Source: an uncultured virus (IMG/VR IMGVR_UViG_3300018023_000193) (taxonomy: Duplodnaviria; Heunggongvirae; Uroviricota; Caudoviricetes). From it: a stretch of 64,000 bases of DNA. The position numbers and the translations under genes were made by a program. Of this stretch, positions 57,269 to 64,000 are shown in pieces. Within the stretch, counting starts at the first letter, position 1; each line of letters opens with the position of its first letter. The notes under the pieces were generated by a model, which had not been told where the DNA came from, did not search any database, and saw only the letters and a list, made by a program, of their open reading frames with translations. The DNA lies in IMG/VR virus record IMGVR_UViG_3300018023_000193; one strand, given 5' to 3'.

Positions 57269-57862
57269 ATGTATCTAATTTATAAACATACTTGTAAAAT
57301 TTCCAAGAAAGCATATATTGGATATACTTATAAACCAATGATGGTCCGTTGGAAAGAAGAAATTAAACACTCTAAAAATGAAAACCATAAATTGAAAATA
57401 GATTACGCTATAAGAAAATATACAAAAGAAAATCAATGGATTCACCAAATTTTAATTGATAATATTCCTACTTTAAAAGAAGCCTTAAATTTGGAAATAC
57501 TTTGTATATTTTATTTTGATACCTATAAACACGGTTATAATTATACTGTTGGTGGAGGTGGTCATGGAAAAAATTCCAAAAAGACAAATATAAAAATATC
57601 AAAATCTCTTTCTGGAAAAAAGAAATCAGAAGAACATAAGATACATTTATCGGAATCTAAAATTGGTAAGCCAAATAATCAATTAGGACTTAAGCGTTCC
57701 AAAAGATTTCTAAAACAAAATTCTGAATTACATTCCAAAAATTGGAAAATAGTTTATCCGGATTTTAAAATGCGAATTGTTAATAATTTATATAAATTTT
57801 GTAAGATTCATAAACTCAATTATGATTGTATGTATAAAGTTTCGGAAGGAAAACACAAATAA
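57269..57862 (+). CDS. GIY-YIG homing endonuclease, paralog of 40650-41270
   Basis: YLIYKHT...YIGYT, NLEILCIFYFDT, GYNYTVGG, NUMOD3 motif. Confidence 0.85.
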   Translation: MYLIYKHTCKISKKAYIGYTYKPMMVRWKEEIKHSKNENHKLKIDYAIRKYTKENQWIHQILIDNIPTLKEALNLEILCIFYFDTYKHGYNYTVGGGGHGKNSKKTNIKISKSLSGKKKSEEHKIHLSESKIGKPNNQLGLKRSKRFLKQNSELHSKNWKIVYPDFKMRIVNNLYKFCKIHKLNYDCMYKVSEGKHK

Positions 57863-57894
57863 CATAAAGGATATAAATGTTTTAGGAATTCATT

Positions 57895-60558
57895 ATGAAA
57901 TTTTACACCAATGTATGTTGTTATGGTTCAAATGTACTATTAAAGGAATTTGATAACGGGAAAAGAAAACGGTACCGGATAAAATATCACCCGACCTTAT
58001 ATGTCCCAGGAAAATCTAATTCAGAATGGCATACATTAGTCGGAGATCCGGTTGAACCCATACATTTCAATGAAATCAAAGAAGCGCGGGAATTTATCAA
58101 AGATCATGCCGAAAATGATCAGTATCCCATCTATGGGAATTCACAATTTCAATATAGTTTTATTGCTGAAGAATATCCAGAACATGACCTTGAATATTCA
58201 TTGAATGCTCTTTGTATTGTTTCTCTCGATTTAGAGCATGAGAACGAACAAGGATTTACACAGGATGATGCGAAGATAGCGCGTGAACGAATCAATGTTC
58301 TGACTGTTAAAGAATTCAATGTTGATATCTTCCATGTTTTCACATTCGTAGATGGAAAGAAATATAATAAGAAGAATCATTTTGTTCCAAAATCAAAGAA
58401 CATTAAGCATTATGAATTTGAAAGTGAAAAAGAAATGCTTTTGGGGTTCCTTGAATTCTGGAATAAATTAGACCCTGATATTATCACAGGATGGAATTCA
58501 AGATTCTTTGATATCCCATATTTGTATAATCGTTTAATGAATTTGTTTGATGAAAAGACCGCAAAGAAATTATCAACATGGGGAATTGTCCAAGCGGTTT
58601 CAGTAGATTTCAATCATAGAGAATGGCAATGTTATGAGATTTATGGGATATCTCAAATCGATTATTATCAGATCTATGTTAAAAATATCAAAGATCCAAG
58701 AGAAAATTATAAATTGGATTATATTGCCAAAACAGAATTGAAAGGTGAAGGAAAAGTTGATTGGCGAGAAAAATATGAAACTATGAAAGAATTTTATGAA
58801 AAAGATTTTCAATGGTTTACTGAATATAATATCCAAGATGTGAATTTGATTGAACAATTGGAAAAGAAAGTAAATCTGATTGCGTTAACTGTTGATGTAG
58901 CTTATTTGGCTAAAGTGAATTTTATGGATGTTCTCGCGCAAGTAAGAACATGGGATGTATTGATCTTTAATTGGCTTCATCAAGAGAAGATTGTAATCCC
59001 ACAAAAAGAATATCAAGAGAAAAAGGATCAATATGTAGGTGCATATGTTAAACCACCTAATCCGGGAGTTTATGAAAGTGTAGTATCGTTTGACGTAGCT
59101 TCACTGTATCCTAATATTATTCGCGTACTGAATATTGGTCCTGAAGTTAAATTAACCGACCTGAAAATGAATTTAAATTCTGATGATGTGTTGGCGGAAA
59201 ATGATAAATGGGAAGAGGCTTTTGGTAGAGCGACAAGTAATAATTGTACTAGTGCTTCTAATGGAGTTTTCTATAGTAAGGAGAAACAAAGTTTCTATAG
59301 TCGCATGGTTGAAACTATTTTTACTAAACGGAAGAAATATCAAGCGGATCTGAAAGCAGCTAAAAAAGAATTAGAAAGATGTACCGATCCAAAGAGAAAA
59401 ATAGAATTAGAGAATTTGGTTTCCAAATTAGATGTAAAACAAAAAGCAACTAAAATTTTGCTCAATTCACTTTACGGTGCTTATGGAAATCCTTATTTTC
59501 GTTGGTATGATTTGGACAATGCTGAAGCGGTCACAATGACTGGGCAATTCATCATCCAATATATTGCGCGTGAATTGAATCGGTATTTTAATGACCTATA
59601 TAAGACTGAAAATTTAGATTTTGTGATTTATTCAGATACAGATTCAGTTTATGTAAGTTTGGATAAATTGATTCAGCATGTGTTTAAAGGAAAGAAACCA
59701 GATATTGAGACATTGATTAGTTTCTTGGATAAAGTTTGTAAGACTAAATTAGAACCATTGATTGATCAATTGTTTTCTCAAATTACAAATGACCTTATCA
59801 ATGGGATGAAACTTGAAAAGCCGATCTTAAGTATGAAACGGGAAGTATTAGCAGACCGCGGCATTTGGGCATCCAAGAAGCACTACGCTTTACAAGTATG
59901 GAATTCAGAAGGTGATAATTATTTTGAATGTAATGCTTGCCATAATGAGTTTTCTGGTCCTTCTGAAAAAGCACCACCTTGTAATGATTGTAAAAGTAAA
60001 AATACTAAACGAGTTTCTAAATTGAAAATTATGGGATTTGATCTTGTTAAATCAAGTACCCCACAATATTGCCGAGATGCAATGAGAAAAGCTGTCCAAA
60101 TTATGATGACAGGAACACAATTTGAAATGGCAGATTTCATAGAAACATTTCGACAAAAGTTTATGAAATTACCAGTTGAAGATATTGCCCGCCCTCGAGG
60201 AGTGAATAATTTAAAAAAATGGGAAGATGAAGCAGACACTTATAAAAAAGGAACAGATATTGGAGTTAAAGCCGTTTTAATTTATAATAAATGTTTAGAG
60301 GATAAAAAGTTGCAGAAAAAATATCCTCCAATTACATCATCTGAAAGAATCAAGTATGTATATTTGAAACAACCTAATCCAATTGATGATCAAGTAATTG
60401 CTTTTAATGGTAAATTACCACCAGAATTTGGATTGCATAAGTATGTTGATTATGAAAAAATGTATGAAAAGACTTTTATAAATCCAATTGAGAAAATTTT
60501 AGACCCAATTGGGTGGAGTACAGAAAAAATAGAAGATATGGATAAATTTTTCGTATGA
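57895..60558 (+). CDS. gp43: Family B DNA polymerase with zinc-ribbon insertion
   Basis: DLE exo I, GWNSRFFDIPY, YNIQD, SFDVASLYP, KILLNSLYG, YSDTDS. Confidence 0.97.
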   Translation: MKFYTNVCCYGSNVLLKEFDNGKRKRYRIKYHPTLYVPGKSNSEWHTLVGDPVEPIHFNEIKEAREFIKDHAENDQYPIYGNSQFQYSFIAEEYPEHDLEYSLNALCIVSLDLEHENEQGFTQDDAKIARERINVLTVKEFNVDIFHVFTFVDGKKYNKKNHFVPKSKNIKHYEFESEKEMLLGFLEFWNKLDPDIITGWNSRFFDIPYLYNRLMNLFDEKTAKKLSTWGIVQAVSVDFNHREWQCYEIYGISQIDYYQIYVKNIKDPRENYKLDYIAKTELKGEGKVDWREKYETMKEFYEKDFQWFTEYNIQDVNLIEQLEKKVNLIALTVDVAYLAKVNFMDVLAQVRTWDVLIFNWLHQEKIVIPQKEYQEKKDQYVGAYVKPPNPGVYESVVSFDVASLYPNIIRVLNIGPEVKLTDLKMNLNSDDVLAENDKWEEAFGRATSNNCTSASNGVFYSKEKQSFYSRMVETIFTKRKKYQADLKAAKKELERCTDPKRKIELENLVSKLDVKQKATKILLNSLYGAYGNPYFRWYDLDNAEAVTMTGQFIIQYIARELNRYFNDLYKTENLDFVIYSDTDSVYVSLDKLIQHVFKGKKPDIETLISFLDKVCKTKLEPLIDQLFSQITNDLINGMKLEKPILSMKREVLADRGIWASKKHYALQVWNSEGDNYFECNACHNEFSGPSEKAPPCNDCKSKNTKRVSKLKIMGFDLVKSSTPQYCRDAMRKAVQIMMTGTQFEMADFIETFRQKFMKLPVEDIARPRGVNNLKKWEDEADTYKKGTDIGVKAVLIYNKCLEDKKLQKKYPPITSSERIKYVYLKQPNPIDDQVIAFNGKLPPEFGLHKYVDYEKMYEKTFINPIEKILDPIGWSTEKIEDMDKFFV

Positions 60559-61031
60559 ATACAGAAGAAATGATAGAAGAAAATAATGAATATCCGAAAT
60601 ATAAAACATTAGAAGGTGATAATAAATCTCATACAGTAATGGGTACTATGACTAGAGGACTTTCATTGGTTAGAGAATTTGAAACTGGAGCAACCAGAGA
60701 TTTAGATATATCAAAGATTGATTATGAAGCTTGTTTATCTCCAATTGTATTAGAAGCATTTGGAGAATATATGTTAAGTTGTAGTGTACAAGCGGATGGA
60801 TCCAAAAGACCTGGAGATAATTGGCAGTTAGGTATAACTTTTAATTCATATATTAAATCTTTGTTACGACATGTTTGGGATTTATGGAAATTACATAGAG
60901 GATATCCTACAATTGATAAAAAAACTGGTAAACCAGTAAATAAAGAAACTGCATTATGTGCTATTATATTTAATGCACAAGGATATTTGCATGAGTTATT
61001 GAAGGAAAAATTAAAAAATGGCGTATGTTGA
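60555..61031 (+). CDS. dATP/dGTP diphosphohydrolase-like protein (DUF5664-type)
   Basis: FETGATRD..KIDY, DNWQLG, SLLRH, LCAIIFNA. Confidence 0.72.
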   Translation: MNTEEMIEENNEYPKYKTLEGDNKSHTVMGTMTRGLSLVREFETGATRDLDISKIDYEACLSPIVLEAFGEYMLSCSVQADGSKRPGDNWQLGITFNSYIKSLLRHVWDLWKLHRGYPTIDKKTGKPVNKETALCAIIFNAQGYLHELLKEKLKNGVC

Positions 61032-61548
61032 ATATTCCTGCAGAAAATTTGGATATTTAATTGTTAAAGAATTTTGTTATTATAAACCATATAATGATAA
61101 AGTTTGTTCTTGGTGGAAATGTTTTTGTAATGGTTGTCAGAAAGAAATAATTTTACCACTGGTTTTGTTTAGAAGAAAGAGAAAAACTATTTCTTGTGGA
61201 TGTAAAAATATTGAAAATTATAGAAAAGCACATTTAAAACATGGATATTTTTCAAGATATAACCATAGAGAAATACCAACACAAAGAAATAATATAACAT
61301 ATGGTTCATATATTAATATGTTGAAAAGATGCTATGAACCAAATGCCAAAGGTTATAAAAATTATGGTGGAAGAGGTATTTCTGTTTGTAGTAGATGGAG
61401 AAAATCTTTTGAAAATTTTATTAAAGATGTTGGTAAAAGACCTGGACCTGAATATTCAATTGATCGTATAGATAATGATGGTAATTATAAACCAGGAAAT
61501 GTTAAATGGTCTACAAGAAGTGAACAAAATAAGAATCGTAGGAAGTAA
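61018..61548 (+). CDS. HNH homing endonuclease
   Basis: SCGC, YGGRGISVC.RW..FENF..D.G.RP, SIDRIDNDGNY.PGN.KW. Confidence 0.88.
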   Translation: MAYVEYSCRKFGYLIVKEFCYYKPYNDKVCSWWKCFCNGCQKEIILPLVLFRRKRKTISCGCKNIENYRKAHLKHGYFSRYNHREIPTQRNNITYGSYINMLKRCYEPNAKGYKNYGGRGISVCSRWRKSFENFIKDVGKRPGPEYSIDRIDNDGNYKPGNVKWSTRSEQNKNRRK

Positions 61549-62250
61549 ATGGAACAAATTAAAGAATTAACTGGTCAAGAAATTTATGATCGTGAAGTGT
61601 CGGATAGTAAAGCAAGTAATCGCCAAGGTAATTATGAAAAAGGATCTTGGATAGGTACTTATAGAGGACATAAAATTTTCCCAATTAATCCAGATCCTAA
61701 TGAAATTGATATTCAAGATATTGCCCATGCATTGGGAAATAACTGCCGATATACTGGTCATGTGAATCAATTTTATTCCGTGGCACAACATTGTGTAATA
61801 GTAAGCGAATTAGTTCAACCAGAAAATGCTTTAGCTGGATTGCTCCATGATGCTTCAGAAGCATATTTAAGTGATATTGCCCGACCTGTTAAATATAGTA
61901 AAGCACTTGAAGGTTATCGTGAAGTCGAAGCTAAATTAGAACGAGTAATCAATGAGAAATTTGGGTTACCATATCCAATGGTACAAGATGTTAAATGGGC
62001 AGATGATATGGCCTTGATGGCTGAAGGATATTATCTATTTAAACCTATTCCAGATTGGGTAACGGAAAGATTGTCACAAGAGGGATTAGATAAACCTATG
62101 ATTCCAAGATTTTTTTGTTGGCCTCCTGTAACTGCCAAAGCGATGTATATTAAACGGTTTTTAGAATTAAATGGTGTGAAACTATCAATAGCCACTGATG
62201 AAGATTTCTTACAAATGGAGAGAATGAATGGCGCGTCCAAAGAAAATTAA
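61549..62250 (+). CDS. HD-domain 5'-deoxynucleotidase-like protein (YfbR/YfdR-like)
   Basis: DIAHAL...R..GH..FYSVAQH, LLHDASEAYLSDI, VKWAD. Confidence 0.88.
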   Translation: MEQIKELTGQEIYDREVSDSKASNRQGNYEKGSWIGTYRGHKIFPINPDPNEIDIQDIAHALGNNCRYTGHVNQFYSVAQHCVIVSELVQPENALAGLLHDASEAYLSDIARPVKYSKALEGYREVEAKLERVINEKFGLPYPMVQDVKWADDMALMAEGYYLFKPIPDWVTERLSQEGLDKPMIPRFFCWPPVTAKAMYIKRFLELNGVKLSIATDEDFLQMERMNGASKEN

Positions 62251-63472
62251 AGCAGCAAACAAAATTCAACGGGTAAAGAAACCAAGAGCACCTAAACCTG
62301 TAAGAGAAAAGAAGGTACGGGAAAAGAAAGTAAAGCAAACGGCCAATATCGCCTTTTTTGAAAAGATAGCCAAAGCAACAGGAAATGACCTTGCTCAAGC
62401 GGCTTCAAATGGAATTATATCAGGCGATGTAACGGGTTGGATTGATACGGGTGTATATCTATTGAACGCTCAATGGAGTGGTTCATTATTTGGTGGAGCA
62501 CCTAACAACAAGATTGTTGTTTTCGCAGGACCATCTGCTACAGGTAAGACCTATTTCATTTTAGCATTGGTTAAACATTTCTTGGATACGCACCCGGGAT
62601 CGGGGATCATGTTCTTTGAAACTGAAGGTGCGATTACAAAAGATATGATGGTGTCAAGAGGAATTGATGTATCTCGTGTATATGTGATTCCTATCGAAAC
62701 GGTTCAAGAATTCCGGACTCAATCACTTAAGATGTTGCGCGTAGTGAAAGAAACAAAACCTTCAGAGCGGCAAGAATTGATGTTTGTATGCGACTCTTTG
62801 GGAAATCTTTCTACACAGAAAGAAATGGAAGATGCTGAATCGGGTAGTGAGAAACAAGATATGACCAGAACCCGGTTGATTAAATCAGCATTCAGAACTA
62901 TTACATTGAAAATGGGTTTATTAAATATTCCATTCTTTATTACGAATCATGTATATAAGACTCAAGATCTATTTTCTCACACAGTCCAATCGGGTGGCAG
63001 TGGGCCACAATATGCCAATTCGCTTTCAGTATTCTTGAGTAAGAGTAAAGATAAAGAAGGAACTGAAGTAGTTGGAGTTATTTTACACTGTAAGTTAGAA
63101 AAGGGCCGCTTGACGAAAGAGAATACATTGATTGATGTATCTCTGGATTATGCGGGCGGATTAGATAAGTATTATGGATTACTGGAACTTGGATTGAAGT
63201 ATGAACTATTCAAGAGAGTAAAAGAGAAGAAAGAGAAAACAGCAACAGAAGGATTTGCGAAACTGAAAGAAGGTAAAGAGAAAGCAAAGAAGGGTGGTAA
63301 AATTAGAATTGGTGATAAGGTAGCAACTGAAAAACAGATCGAAGCAAACCCAGAGGTATATTTTACCGATGAAGTGCTGAAGGCGCTTGATGTATTTGCC
63401 GGTAAAGAATTCAATTATGGTATGACGGTTGAAATGCCGGAGGAAGTAGCGAGTGAGGTTGAGGAAGATTAA
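62228..63472 (+). CDS. uvsX: RecA-like recombinase
   Basis: IDTG, GPSATGKT, DSLGNL, DMTR, TNHVY, SGG.G..Y. Confidence 0.93.
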   Translation: MARPKKIKAANKIQRVKKPRAPKPVREKKVREKKVKQTANIAFFEKIAKATGNDLAQAASNGIISGDVTGWIDTGVYLLNAQWSGSLFGGAPNNKIVVFAGPSATGKTYFILALVKHFLDTHPGSGIMFFETEGAITKDMMVSRGIDVSRVYVIPIETVQEFRTQSLKMLRVVKETKPSERQELMFVCDSLGNLSTQKEMEDAESGSEKQDMTRTRLIKSAFRTITLKMGLLNIPFFITNHVYKTQDLFSHTVQSGGSGPQYANSLSVFLSKSKDKEGTEVVGVILHCKLEKGRLTKENTLIDVSLDYAGGLDKYYGLLELGLKYELFKRVKEKKEKTATEGFAKLKEGKEKAKKGGKIRIGDKVATEKQIEANPEVYFTDEVLKALDVFAGKEFNYGMTVEMPEEVASEVEED

Positions 63473-63547
63473 GAATTGTTTGACTTTTTGAATTGAAATG
63501 AAAGGTGGTTTAAGTATATAATGGATTGATGTGACGAAAAATATTTT

Positions 63548-64000
63548 ATGACTATAGATGATTTTGTTAATGGATTATTTGATTTAAAATATGATAAACA
63601 TCCTGGAGTAGCAACAAAGAAATATTTAATAAAATGTGATGCTGACTTTATAGAACAACCAAAAGGTAGTCAAAATTTTCCAGATTTTGATCCTGTTGAA
63701 AATATTTTTAAAGAAGGAAAATGCTGTTTTCGGATAGAAGAAAAATCAAATAAAAAACATGGGATCCATGTAAAACCAATGTATAACGGTCATTTTGTAA
63801 AAAAAGAAGATGACGCATTATATACTTATATAACTCCAGATTTTTCTGTTGCTTTTTTGGGAGAACATATTAGTAAAATTGATGATTATATTATTTGGTT
63901 GGAATATATAAAGAAATCTAAAAAACTTGTTAATGAATTTATTCCAAAATTTGGAGGTTTATTAGTACCTTATTTTCGAGCGACAGTGACACATAAAAAG
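63548..64000 (+). CDS. PD-(D/E)xK restriction-endonuclease-like protein (runs off the window)
   Basis: 151 open codons; EQPKGSQNFPDF...IEEKS...PMYNG. Confidence 0.55.
   Translation, partial: MTIDDFVNGLFDLKYDKHPGVATKKYLIKCDADFIEQPKGSQNFPDFDPVENIFKEGKCCFRIEEKSNKKHGIHVKPMYNGHFVKKEDDALYTYITPDFSVAFLGEHISKIDDYIIWLEYIKKSKKLVNEFIPKFGGLLVPYFRATVTHKK

Noticed and set aside
57895..60558. Intein or group I intron in gp43 (also considered gp17, gp20, gp46, uvsW, uvsX)
   Set aside because: Frames are continuous, lengths are near normal and no intein terminal motifs were seen
1..64000. Stop-codon reassignment
   Set aside because: Core genes are intact in code 11, all three stops are used, and no suppressor tRNA was seen; the TAA at 57860-57862 is an isolated nonsense change
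1..64000. CRISPR array, diversity-generating retroelement or retron explaining the 65-nt repeat
   Set aside because: No repeat-spacer array or reverse transcriptase is visible, and the two copies are identical with no adenine-specific variation

Overview
A 64-kb segment of a very AT-rich, T4-like myophage genome, almost all on the + strand. From left to right it contains: (1) a probable IS200/IS605 TnpB 3' end at the window edge; (2) a 1425-aa five-domain glycosyltransferase/methyltransferase fusion with an Aah/TibC-type heptosyltransferase N-terminus; (3) the T4 morphogenesis block (gp15-gp23, gp3); (4) uvsY, uvsW, gp55, gp47, gp46, a DNA methyltransferase, IMPDH/GMP reductase, a GC-rich NUDIX insert, a CobT/CobS-like pair, gp45, gp44, gp62 and regA; (5) an accessory region with RNA ligase, macrodomain, protease, DNA ligase, most of 17 tRNAs (one per amino acid) and candidate novel structured RNAs; (6) dUTPase, lysozyme, gp43, purine-nucleotide hydrolases, uvsX and a truncated restriction-like nuclease. 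The most notable observations are a candidate virion O-glycosylation system, a 65-nt exact copy of another gene's sequence sitting in frame in the DNA ligase, two tRNA-linked structured ncRNA candidates, a Zn-ribbon insertion in the polymerase, and many deletion-collapsed gene relics. All calls come from motif recognition by eye; no database search was run.
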